From Obrimoposthia wandeli (taxonomy: Eukaryota): a stretch of 64,000 bases of DNA. Under the pieces are notes generated by a model, which was not told the DNA's origin, made no database searches, and was given only the letters and a program-made list of their open reading frames with translations. How positions within the stretch are numbered: position 1 is the first letter of the stretch; each line of letters starts with the position of its first letter. Below, one piece after another: positions 16,987-26,312 of the stretch. Position numbers and translations under genes: made by a program. The stretch is from positions 1-64,000 of the forward strand of contig CDROCS010004705.1 of assembly GCA_977020255.1 (NCBI GenBank), in the 5' to 3' direction.

Positions 16987-17937
16987 ATGTTTTTTATTAA
17001 CAAATTGACAGCTGGCATTGTTTTTATAATAGTCACTAATGTGATGACTATGAGCAGTATAAAAGCAGAAAGTTTAGGTGGCGTCGCGTTGGGTATTTCG
17101 CAAGGTGTTGAGCGTGCGAAATTAGATTGGAGTATTGGTGGAACTGCACCGCTGCCTAATGTGATTTCTGAATTAAAATGGCAAGATTTACGCATTTATA
17201 AAACGCAAATTGACAGTGAAATTTGGTTTGAAAACAGCTTGGTTGTTAGTGCTTCGCTCAGTAAAGGGCGTGTGGTTAGTGGTAGCGTGAGAGATTCAGA
17301 TTACGCGCAAAATGATCGACAAGCTGAGTATTCTCGCTCTATTTCTAAAGCGAGTGGTAATACAAAAAGTAGCAGTGTTTCGCTAGGTTCAAGGCGATTG
17401 TATTTACAGCCACGCTCAGGGCGAGTGATGTCATTGACGCCTAAAATAGGTTATCAGTTTAACCAGCAAAATTTGACGGTGACGGATGGTAAACAAATAA
17501 TATCGGGCATCGGTAATGTGTTAAATCCACAAACCAAAATAAGTGGGTTAGATAGTAGTTACCAAAGCAATTGGCGTGGACCTTGGTTAGGTTTAGAGTA
17601 CAGGGCACATGGCGAAACACAGCAATTGATCGCTGTGTTGAAACTGCACCGAATGCGCTATAAAGGATTAGGTAACTGGAATTTACGTGATGATTTTCAG
17701 CATCCTATTAGTTTTGAACACACAGCAAAAGCACGTGGTGTGAGCTTAGATATTGATTATGAGCGACGTGTGGCTAAAAATATTTGGGCACAATTAAAAC
17801 TTAGCTATCAGTCGTTTGTGACAAGCACAGGAAATGATACGACTTTCTTTGCTGATGGTTCGGTGAAAACGATAGATTTGAAAGAATCTAGCTGGCAAAG
17901 TTTAGGTTTGCAATTAGGGGCCGTTGTCAGATTTTAG
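16987..17937 (+). CDS. Omptin-like outer-membrane beta-barrel protein
   Basis: Signal peptide, SELKW and RDSDY motifs, alternating beta-strand pattern, C-terminal Phe. Confidence 0.6.
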   Translation: MFFINKLTAGIVFIIVTNVMTMSSIKAESLGGVALGISQGVERAKLDWSIGGTAPLPNVISELKWQDLRIYKTQIDSEIWFENSLVVSASLSKGRVVSGSVRDSDYAQNDRQAEYSRSISKASGNTKSSSVSLGSRRLYLQPRSGRVMSLTPKIGYQFNQQNLTVTDGKQIISGIGNVLNPQTKISGLDSSYQSNWRGPWLGLEYRAHGETQQLIAVLKLHRMRYKGLGNWNLRDDFQHPISFEHTAKARGVSLDIDYERRVAKNIWAQLKLSYQSFVTSTGNDTTFFADGSVKTIDLKESSWQSLGLQLGAVVRF

Positions 17938-18134
17938 AAAACTTAAGCTTTAAAATTTAAGTTATGCGCTTTTTTATATTGTATTATCAGCGTCCTTGGG
18001 GGATGTGATATTGACAGTAAAAATTTATAGCATTGAAACTTAACATCGCTATCTGTGTGCAATTTTGCTGCGCAGTGCGAGTGGTTTTGTGCTGTTTTTA
18101 TTCACTTGTTAATATTGACCTTAGAGGCCCTCAA

Positions 18135-19652
18135 ATGACTATATTTGCTGTTGCAAATAGCTCCCCTGTGAGCAACAAACCACCGACTAACCGCTGGCTA
18201 TTAAAAGTTGGCATCGTTGTTCTTACTGGCACATTAGCGCTGTTTGGCTACACTGTTTACCAATCAAAAATTAAACCACTTGCTGGCTATGGCAACGACT
18301 GGGCTGCGATCGATGCTTTAAAAGCTAAAGATCCTAGAGCCTTATCAGGCGGTGATTTAACTCACTTTATGTTTGGTGATGTGTCGTTTGAAACAGAAGC
18401 TGCGAACCTTCCTTGGCAATTGTCTGCTACTTTTGATGCGGGCGACGGTGTGTTTGAACGCTTTTTTTCACCCGCTAAAGCCTCAGGCTACCGCGATGAT
18501 GCTGATGGCGTCGGCCCGTTGTTTAATATGAATGCCTGTGAAGCTTGTCATATTGCAGATGGGCGAGCAGCGCCCCCAATGCAAACCGGTGATGTTCTAC
18601 AAGGCTTGTTATTTCGTATATCTATTCCTGGTGCTGACGCAGTGGGTGGGCCAAAACCTCATCCTATTTATGGTGGGCAATTGGCTGATAAAGCGATTGA
18701 TGGCCATCAGCCAGAAGTAGCTTATCAATTAGATTTTAAAACCATTACCGGCCAATTTAAAGACGGATCTCGTTATCAGCTACAACAACCTATTTACAGT
18801 TTCCCTGATCAAAATTATGGGCCTTTAGGTGATGATGCAATGATTTCGCCCCGTATAGCACCTTTCATGATTGGCATGGGCTTAATCGATGCCATTACTG
18901 ATGCTGATATTGTGGCGCGTGAAGATATAGATGACAGTGATGGCGATGGTATTTCAGGTAAAGCAAACCGCGTATGGAGCGTTGAAAACAAGGATTACCG
19001 GATCGGTAAGTACGGCTGGAAAGCTGAAACTCCTACTTTAGCTCATCAGTCTATGGATGCCGCCGTGAATGATATGGGGGTTACAAACCCATTATTTCCT
19101 AATGAAAATTGCACATCACAGCAAGCGCAATGTGGGCAAGCTCTATCAGGTACCACTGATGCACCTGTGGAAATGACCGCCTCGAAAATGAATGATGTCG
19201 TGACTTACTTAGAGTTTTTAGCAGTGCCTGGGCGTGATTACTTAGATAAACCTGAGGTGATCAAAGGTGAGCAGTTATTTAAAGAAGTGGGTTGTGAATC
19301 TTGCCATCGTGCTAGCTTTGTTACGGGTGATGAACAACGCCAAAAGCGTTTGCATAATCAAAAAATAGCCCCTTATTCAGATTTCTTGTTACATGATATG
19401 GGCCCTTTGTTGGCAGATAATCGACCAAGTTTTGATGCCACGGGCGTAGAGTGGCGCACCCCTCCATTGTGGGGCATCGGCATGGTTGAAACAGTGAATG
19501 GCCATAGCCGATTTATGCATGATGGGCGTGCTCGTAACTTGCAAGAAGCGATTTTATGGCATGGTGGAGAGGCGAAAGTGAGTAAGCAGAAGTTTGAAGC
19601 TCTGCCGAAAAGTGAGCGTTCTGCTATGGTCAAATTTTTGAAATCTTTGTAG
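18135..19652 (+). CDS. Di-heme oxidoreductase family protein (DUF1111)
   Basis: CEACH and CESCH heme motifs, GPLFN, WRTPPLWGIG, HDGRARNLQEAILWHGGEA; RBS AGAGG before ATG 18135. Confidence 0.9.
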   Translation: MTIFAVANSSPVSNKPPTNRWLLKVGIVVLTGTLALFGYTVYQSKIKPLAGYGNDWAAIDALKAKDPRALSGGDLTHFMFGDVSFETEAANLPWQLSATFDAGDGVFERFFSPAKASGYRDDADGVGPLFNMNACEACHIADGRAAPPMQTGDVLQGLLFRISIPGADAVGGPKPHPIYGGQLADKAIDGHQPEVAYQLDFKTITGQFKDGSRYQLQQPIYSFPDQNYGPLGDDAMISPRIAPFMIGMGLIDAITDADIVAREDIDDSDGDGISGKANRVWSVENKDYRIGKYGWKAETPTLAHQSMDAAVNDMGVTNPLFPNENCTSQQAQCGQALSGTTDAPVEMTASKMNDVVTYLEFLAVPGRDYLDKPEVIKGEQLFKEVGCESCHRASFVTGDEQRQKRLHNQKIAPYSDFLLHDMGPLLADNRPSFDATGVEWRTPPLWGIGMVETVNGHSRFMHDGRARNLQEAILWHGGEAKVSKQKFEALPKSERSAMVKFLKSL

Positions 19653-19787
19653 ATAAATAACTATAAATATTTATCTAGCTTCATCCATATTTAAATAAAA
19701 ACTATTCAGACTTTAAGCCGCCCAGTGCATGTTATTAGTAACTGCACTTTGAGCGGCAAGGGTAAAGTTTATTATCAAGGTTGTTTT

Positions 19788-20735
19788 ATGAACGCAGTTT
19801 TTGATGCTCAATCTCATTCTATTTGCCCACTTATGCAACCAGCGGCAAAGCAGTTAAACACACTCGTGCTAGGTAAGGAGCTGCAAATAAAACTCTCTTT
19901 AAGCTGCATATTAGCGGGTGGGCATTTGTTGATTGACGATTTGCCGGGGATGGGTAAAACAGTGCTTTCTCATGCTTTGGCTAAAGTTTTCGGGCTAGAT
20001 TTTAAGCGTGTGCAATTTACGAATGACTTGTTACCCGCTGATTTACTGGGTGCATCCATATATCAGCGTGAAAGCGGCACGTTTAATTTTGTTAAAGGCC
20101 CGGTGTTTTGCGAGCTATTGCTTGCCGATGAAATTAACCGTGCAACACCTAAAACACAAAGCGCGTTACTTGAAGCAATGGAAGAGCGGCAAATCAGTGT
20201 TGAAGGAAAAGCGCTTGCGTTACCTTACCCTTTTATTGTGATAGCCACTCAAAACCCGAATGATCAGTTAGGGACGTCGCCGTTGCCTGAATCACAGCTA
20301 GATAGATTCATGCTGTGTTTGTCGATGGGCTACCCAGACAAAGAGGCAGAGCTCGCTATTTTGGCCGGGCAGAGCCGTCGTGAATTACTGGCACAGCAAA
20401 GTGCGTTGATTGATCTTAAGCAGCTACGAGATTTTCAAGAGCAGTGCAAAGCGATTGAAGTACCAGCATTAGTGTTGGAATACATATACGCACTACTTAC
20501 TTACACACGACAAAGTGAGACTTTCATCGCTGGCTTATCTACACGCGCAGCACTAGCAGTGATTAGTGTAGCGAGAGCTTGGGCGTGGTTAAGTGGTGAT
20601 GCGATATTGATGCCGCATCATGTACAAAGTGTCTTTGCTTATGTGGCAGGGCACCGTTTACAAAATGCACAAGGCAATGGCATTGGCATTGAGAAATGCT
20701 TGGCTATTATTGATCACGTTGAGATTCCAAGATAA
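19788..20735 (+). CDS. MoxR-family AAA+ ATPase
   Basis: DLPGMGKT, RVQFTNDLLPAD, LADEINRA, ATQNP, LPESQLDRF. Confidence 0.95.
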   Translation: MNAVFDAQSHSICPLMQPAAKQLNTLVLGKELQIKLSLSCILAGGHLLIDDLPGMGKTVLSHALAKVFGLDFKRVQFTNDLLPADLLGASIYQRESGTFNFVKGPVFCELLLADEINRATPKTQSALLEAMEERQISVEGKALALPYPFIVIATQNPNDQLGTSPLPESQLDRFMLCLSMGYPDKEAELAILAGQSRRELLAQQSALIDLKQLRDFQEQCKAIEVPALVLEYIYALLTYTRQSETFIAGLSTRAALAVISVARAWAWLSGDAILMPHHVQSVFAYVAGHRLQNAQGNGIGIEKCLAIIDHVEIPR

Positions 20736-21710
20736 ATGAAACGCTTCTTTCTTACACCCGTTGTGCGCTGGCGCTTAACTTGGCTAGGATACGGTTATTG
20801 TTTAGTGGCCGCTGCAGTGTTTTTGCTGGCTGTAAACTTCAGTAATAACCTGTTGTTTACTTATAGCTTTTTTTTAATTGCTATCATGTTAGTTAATGTT
20901 TTTATGGCGACGGTTAATATTAAAGGCATTAAAACCAAAATGTTGCATGTGAATCATGGTTATCAAGGAGATGAGTACGGTTATGCTTTATTGCTCCACA
21001 ATGAAGACAAATCGAGCTTGCAAATATCTCTAAATAAGCAAGGTTTTGATGATGCTAAGCGCAGTTTTAATTTGCAACGTGCTCAGCAATTGAATTACCA
21101 GCATAAATTGCCCGCCATAGAGCGCGGTGCAATAGCTGAACATTCTTTGCGTGTTTATAGCCGCTGGCCGCTAGGTTTAATTGAAGTTTCTAAACAAGCC
21201 TGTATGTTGCCGCAAGCGTTGGTTTACCCTAAACCAAAGATGTTAGCTGATGCTCCTGTGCTAAATCTATCTAACAGTGAGTTAGTTAAAACTGATCCAG
21301 AAATTTTAGAAGGCGTTAGGGAGTACCGGAATACAGATAGCCCTAGACGTATTCATTGGCAGGCATTTGCTAAAACCGAAACGTTGCAGGTAAAAGATTT
21401 TAGCGGTGGTGAAGGTGATGTAGCCAAATTGCTGTATTGGGATCAACTAAGTCAGCTATCAACAGAAGAGCGTTTGAGTTGTCTTTGTTATTGGCTGTTG
21501 TTCTACCAGCGCCAAGGAGCATTAATAGGTTTACAGCTACCTGGGCAACTAATTATGCCAAAAACAGCCATGCAGTTGAGCAAAACCTTGCAAAGGGAAG
21601 CAACGAAAGAGCTAGGTAGAGAGCTTGGAAATGAAATGGGAGGCGATCAATTACAGCAATGTTTAGCCGCTTTAGCACTCATGCCAAGAGAGCGGATAAG
21701 TAATGTTTGA
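20736..21710 (+). CDS. DUF58 domain protein
   Basis: N-terminal TMs, LVYPKP, GVREYRNTDSPRRIHWQAFAK; follows MoxR. Confidence 0.9.
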   Translation: MKRFFLTPVVRWRLTWLGYGYCLVAAAVFLLAVNFSNNLLFTYSFFLIAIMLVNVFMATVNIKGIKTKMLHVNHGYQGDEYGYALLLHNEDKSSLQISLNKQGFDDAKRSFNLQRAQQLNYQHKLPAIERGAIAEHSLRVYSRWPLGLIEVSKQACMLPQALVYPKPKMLADAPVLNLSNSELVKTDPEILEGVREYRNTDSPRRIHWQAFAKTETLQVKDFSGGEGDVAKLLYWDQLSQLSTEERLSCLCYWLLFYQRQGALIGLQLPGQLIMPKTAMQLSKTLQREATKELGRELGNEMGGDQLQQCLAALALMPRERISNV

Positions 21711-23967
21711 AAGAAAGATTAAAAAACGAGTAGAAAGCACGCATGATTTATCTAATAGCAAATCATTATTAGTCTCCATATTACTATTTTTGGCAATGAT
21801 ACCCGCATTATTAACGCTGTCTTGGCCGTTGTTACTCGTTTTTTTGAGCGTTTTTTTGGCTAAGTTTTTGTGCATCGCTAAGTGGCGCTATGCAATTAAA
21901 TTAAGGTTTTTGTTTAGCTTAGTGTTGCTGGGGCTTTGGGGTACGTATATACAGTGGTCAAATGTTGCTTGGCTAAGCGGTAGCGTGGTGCTCAGCGGTT
22001 TGTTGTTAGTTGTCACTTTAAAATGGTTAGAAGCTACGCGCGCCACTGAATATCAATTTTTAACCTTACTTGCCAGTTTTATCTTTGCGCTAAGTAGTTT
22101 GTATCTTAGTGGTATGAGTGCTCTGAGCTATTTATTTCTCGGCCAATCATTGGTTATTTATACTTTATTACGTTTGAACTGCGTCGAGGTAAATAAGCAC
22201 TTAATTAGCCATTTAAATAAAATTTCATTACCAGCCAGTTTCGTGCCAAATAACCTTAAAGCTGAATTGGCAGATTGCGCAAAAATCATTACCTTATCGC
22301 TGCCTTTTGTCTTAGTGTTTTTTTTACTAATACCACGTTTACAAGGCCCTCTGTGGGAGCTTGGAGTGGTGATGGGGCTGCCACTTGAGATGATGGTTGA
22401 TCAAAAAAATCGGCAGAAATCAGGCACTTTGCAACTGCGCTCAGGCAATGTTTCGCGTGCTAAGCAAGTTGATGAGCCTGTCATCGTGGCTGAATTTGAT
22501 AGCGCAGTACCTTCTAAATCGAGGTTGTATTGGCGTGGGCCTATTTACGATATTTTTGACGGCCAAAATTGGCAGATGTCGACACCTAAAGATAACCGCA
22601 GTGCATTGCTAAAAAGCTCTTTTAAGCGTCGTACGCAACTGGATAAGGCGTTGACTAAAAAACTGGATAGAGTGAGTTATGAAGCGCGGTTGACCACAAA
22701 CGGTGAGCGTTGGCTATATGGATTGGATGTGCCTTATGGGGGCAGCGCTGAAATTTTTATATCGCAAGATTTTCAGGTAATGCACCTTAATAAACGACAA
22801 GGGGAGTTTAATTACAAATTAAGTGCTTATCTTGAATACCGAGGTGGCCGACCTTTAACGCTGTTGCAACGAAAGCGCTATTTAGCGCTTCCTGAAAAAG
22901 GTAATGCTAGATTAAGACGCTGGAGTCAGCAGTTATTAACAAGCAGTGGTGATAAAGATAATTTTATCTTTGCTGTAGGCCAAGCTTTGGCAAGTGGAGG
23001 TTATCAAATAGATGATAATGCTGGTGATATTAACGCTAACAGTGGACAAGTTAATCAGCATGTAAGCGAAGGTTTAAGCAAAAGTGCCAAAAACTCAGAG
23101 TTATTATCGCAATTTGATTATTTTTTCTTTGAGCACAAAAGCGGCAGCCTTGAGCAATTAAATGCAGCATTATCTTTTGCATTTAGGGCAGCGGGTGTTC
23201 CCTCAAGAATTGTCACCGGCTATCGTGGCGGCAGTTTAATTGCGTTAACCAATTATGTGGTTGTTAAAGAAGAAAATGCTCATGTGTGGTTAGAGTTATG
23301 GCAAGATAAAACAGGTTGGCAGCGCTTTGAAGCGAAAGACTTAGTCAAAATAGTTGAACCTGAAAAAGCTAGCAAAAGCGCTACAAATACTCAGCAAGCA
23401 TCGAAAAAGATAGCGGCTAAGGCTGATGAAAACGCTGTCAGTAAAGTGGCATCGGGTGCTCAAAAGGCTACTGAATCTACTGAAAAAAATAACGTTTTAG
23501 ATTCTGTTATCGGTAGCTGGAACTGGTTAACAGCGCTTAGCTCAAGTGTTAAAAATTGGGTGGCTAATTACAGCCCTGAACAGCAAGTAAAAATCCTCAA
23601 AAAAGCAGGCTTAAAGAAAGTTGATTGGAAAAGTTTGTTGCTTATTTCTTTGTTGGCTATGGGTGCTTTGTTATTGCTATTTACTTTACTTAGCCGCTTT
23701 TCACGCAAAGCTGTAGACCCTATCACTGCACAGTTCGTGCTATTAAATAAAATTTTAGCTAAACACGATTTAAACTGTGCCCCCAATGAGTGCCCGCAGC
23801 GCTGGCTACAACGTTTAGCAGCGCGTAATCCTGATTTTTTTCCTGCGCTTAAAATTATAATTGAACACTATATTAAAGCGCGTTATTTACTCATAGATAA
23901 ACAGCAAATAGAGCAACAGCTGGTGCAGTTGAAGCGCGATATTAAGCGACTTAATGGCATGATTTAA
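21703..23967 (+). CDS. TgpA-like DUF3488/transglutaminase-fold membrane protein lacking the catalytic Cys
   Basis: Multi-TM N-terminus, LYWRG, RAAGVPSRIVTGYRGG, NAHVWLE. Confidence 0.85.
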   Translation: MFERKIKKRVESTHDLSNSKSLLVSILLFLAMIPALLTLSWPLLLVFLSVFLAKFLCIAKWRYAIKLRFLFSLVLLGLWGTYIQWSNVAWLSGSVVLSGLLLVVTLKWLEATRATEYQFLTLLASFIFALSSLYLSGMSALSYLFLGQSLVIYTLLRLNCVEVNKHLISHLNKISLPASFVPNNLKAELADCAKIITLSLPFVLVFFLLIPRLQGPLWELGVVMGLPLEMMVDQKNRQKSGTLQLRSGNVSRAKQVDEPVIVAEFDSAVPSKSRLYWRGPIYDIFDGQNWQMSTPKDNRSALLKSSFKRRTQLDKALTKKLDRVSYEARLTTNGERWLYGLDVPYGGSAEIFISQDFQVMHLNKRQGEFNYKLSAYLEYRGGRPLTLLQRKRYLALPEKGNARLRRWSQQLLTSSGDKDNFIFAVGQALASGGYQIDDNAGDINANSGQVNQHVSEGLSKSAKNSELLSQFDYFFFEHKSGSLEQLNAALSFAFRAAGVPSRIVTGYRGGSLIALTNYVVVKEENAHVWLELWQDKTGWQRFEAKDLVKIVEPEKASKSATNTQQASKKIAAKADENAVSKVASGAQKATESTEKNNVLDSVIGSWNWLTALSSSVKNWVANYSPEQQVKILKKAGLKKVDWKSLLLISLLAMGALLLLFTLLSRFSRKAVDPITAQFVLLNKILAKHDLNCAPNECPQRWLQRLAARNPDFFPALKIIIEHYIKARYLLIDKQQIEQQLVQLKRDIKRLNGMI

Positions 23968-23996
23968 AAGCCATGATTTACAAGGAATAACCGACA

Positions 23997-25184
23997 ATGA
24001 AATTTTTAAAAAGCTTAATATTAACCAGTCTATTATGTACAAGCCTTTTATGTACATGGGCAAACGCTGCAGATTATAAAGTTGTTATGGGGCAACTAAT
24101 AAGCAAAGGAGATGCTTTTAGTGAAATTTACCAGCCTGAGCAAGCGCTCAAGTTTGGCAATGCTTTTTCAGGTTTGTATTTTGGCGGTTTTGAAGGTGAA
24201 GGTTTAGAGTTTGCTGTAGGCCAAGCCGATGCCGCTTATATGATTGAAATTGAATTAGCGTTTAGTCAGCTAATCAATAGTGCAGTGACGGGTAAACCTA
24301 TTGAGCAAGTGCAGGGCAATTGGGCAATGTTACGCGCGAAACTAATTGCAGCACCTATGATTGAACAAGATGGCGGCTACTGGCAGTTAGTTGTTCAATC
24401 ATTGCTTATATTATTACGTGAAGGTGTTGAAGCGCTATTAGTTGTCGCTGCGCTGCTGGCATATCTGAAAAAATCAGGCGCTGGTGATAAAACGCCTTAT
24501 ATCTGGGCAGGCGTAATAATGGCTTTAATCGCCAGTGTATTTACAGCATGGGGCTTGCAGGTTCTTCTTGCTGATAGCGGAAAAAATCGTGAAATAATTG
24601 AGGGTATAACGATTTTGGTTGCGGCTGCATTGCTAAGTTATGTGAGTTTTTGGCTTTATTCGCGCAGAGAAGCGCAGCAGTGGCAACGCTTTGTTTCTGA
24701 TAAATTAGGAGGCGCTGTCACAAAAGGCAGTTTAACAGCGATTGCCAGTGTCGCTTTCTTTGCCGTTTATCGTGAAGGGGCTGAAACAATCTTGTTTTAT
24801 CAAGCATTATTAAGCAGTGCGCAATATCAATGGGAGCCTATTCTTTTAGGTGCTGCATTATCACTAGTGCCTCTGGGGATCGTATCAGTGATGATTTTTA
24901 TTCTTTCTATCAAGCTGCCATTAAAGATATTTTTTACGGGCACCGCAGCATTGTTGTTTGTTTTGTCAGTAGTTTTTGTGGGTAAAGGTGTGATTGAATT
25001 GCAAATATCAGGCTGGTTGAATACGACAATCTTGCCAAGTGTGCCTACTATCAGCTGGTTAGGTATTTTTCCCAGTGCTGAGTCACTAACACTACAACTA
25101 GTATTTTTAACGCTACCGATTATTGTGCTGTTTGTTTGTCGTGTGAAAAAAAATCAGAAACAACAGCCAACCCCGCTAGCTTAA
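23997..25184 (+). CDS. FTR1/EfeU-family iron permease with N-terminal periplasmic domain
   Basis: Two REGxE motifs (LREGVE, YREGAE) and multiple TMs. Confidence 0.9.
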   Translation: MKFLKSLILTSLLCTSLLCTWANAADYKVVMGQLISKGDAFSEIYQPEQALKFGNAFSGLYFGGFEGEGLEFAVGQADAAYMIEIELAFSQLINSAVTGKPIEQVQGNWAMLRAKLIAAPMIEQDGGYWQLVVQSLLILLREGVEALLVVAALLAYLKKSGAGDKTPYIWAGVIMALIASVFTAWGLQVLLADSGKNREIIEGITILVAAALLSYVSFWLYSRREAQQWQRFVSDKLGGAVTKGSLTAIASVAFFAVYREGAETILFYQALLSSAQYQWEPILLGAALSLVPLGIVSVMIFILSIKLPLKIFFTGTAALLFVLSVVFVGKGVIELQISGWLNTTILPSVPTISWLGIFPSAESLTLQLVFLTLPIIVLFVCRVKKNQKQQPTPLA

Positions 25185-25203
25185 AAAGTTTGATGTGTGC
25201 TCT

Positions 25204-25830
25204 TTAGGGGGCATTTTTGTATGTCTTGGGCACATACTGATAATGACCGGTGATTTTGTAAGAAAACAACATATCTTCAAGCTCAGGTCCGCGACCAATG
25301 TTATGAACGATCATTGGGTTACCAGTGACTTTTGATTTAGTGCTGGTAACGATGCCGATATGCGGCAGTTTTGCGTTGATCATCCAAGTCACAATATCAC
25401 CCGCACTATATGCGCTCGCCTTGGTAGATATCTCAAGAGCCTGACCTTGGCGTTTAAAAAATGCTTGCAGGTTAGGAACGCGGCGATGATCTATATTTTT
25501 ATCGGTGTTTTTTAAACCCCAAATTCGACGTGATGGATACTGCGAGAAATTTGCTTTCATGTCTTCGTGCACTAGTTTTTGCAGATCGGTCCCCACTGTT
25601 CTATATGATCGAATAATAACGTCGGTACAGACTCCAATATTTGCCGCTACATCTCCATTAGGGTAGGCGATCGCTGTGTACGCGCCATTGTATGTCACGT
25701 TTTGCTGGGTTCTATGATGTGCAGCCGCTACGATGTCAGTAGTGAAAGAGTTCGCACTAACACTCATAGACAATAACAAACTGAAGGAGGTTGTGATGAT
25801 TGAGTAAGGTTTTAAATTAATTGAAAACAT
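25204..25830 (-). CDS. DUF1287 (YijF-like) exported protein
   Basis: YPNGDV...GVCTDVIIR, NIDHRRVPNL, PHIGIV motifs. Confidence 0.85.
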   Translation of the reverse strand: MFSINLKPYSIITTSFSLLLSMSVSANSFTTDIVAAAHHRTQQNVTYNGAYTAIAYPNGDVAANIGVCTDVIIRSYRTVGTDLQKLVHEDMKANFSQYPSRRIWGLKNTDKNIDHRRVPNLQAFFKRQGQALEISTKASAYSAGDIVTWMINAKLPHIGIVTSTKSKVTGNPMIVHNIGRGPELEDMLFSYKITGHYQYVPKTYKNAP

Positions 25831-25978
25831 TTCTGATCCTTAAAATATTTATCAAGCAGAGCTTTTCAGTTGAGCATTATACATGTGCGTCAATGATTAA
25901 GTATAAGGCGAATTCACTACGGTGATAATACATAAGGGTAGCGCTATTTGAGCGCAGTGGCAGGCAGTGTGTATTGGT

Positions 25979-26221
25979 TTATAAAAATGTAAGTGTATTG
26001 AAATGTGGGTTAGCTACACCCGCTTGCATTTTACTAATATCATCTAGTATTACTAAGCGGTCGCCGTTTGAGGTGTTTATTTTTATACACTCTATGCGTT
26101 GTTCATTGCGTTTTGTATCTATTGCTATGCCGTTGACGATAAGCCCCGATCGCAGTGTTAATGCAACCGGGTACTGATACATACAAGCTATTTCAATAAA
26201 ATCGTAATCATCGCATTTCAT
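25979..26221 (-). CDS. rof: Rho-binding antiterminator Rof/YaeO
   Basis: CDDYDFIEIAC N-terminal motif; 80 aa. Confidence 0.8.
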   Translation of the reverse strand: MKCDDYDFIEIACMYQYPVALTLRSGLIVNGIAIDTKRNEQRIECIKINTSNGDRLVILDDISKMQAGVANPHFNTLTFL

Positions 26222-26312
26222 TACGTATTAACCCAGCCGTGTTAGGCTAATGTGCTTTAGTTTTTATACATATTAAAGCAGATAAAGAATCGTACTTTGG
26301 TAAAAAACTATT

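Noticed and set aside
17975-18000. Fur box upstream of the di-heme gene
   Set aside because: Only a half-site (TGATAAT on minus); too weak in AT-rich DNA.
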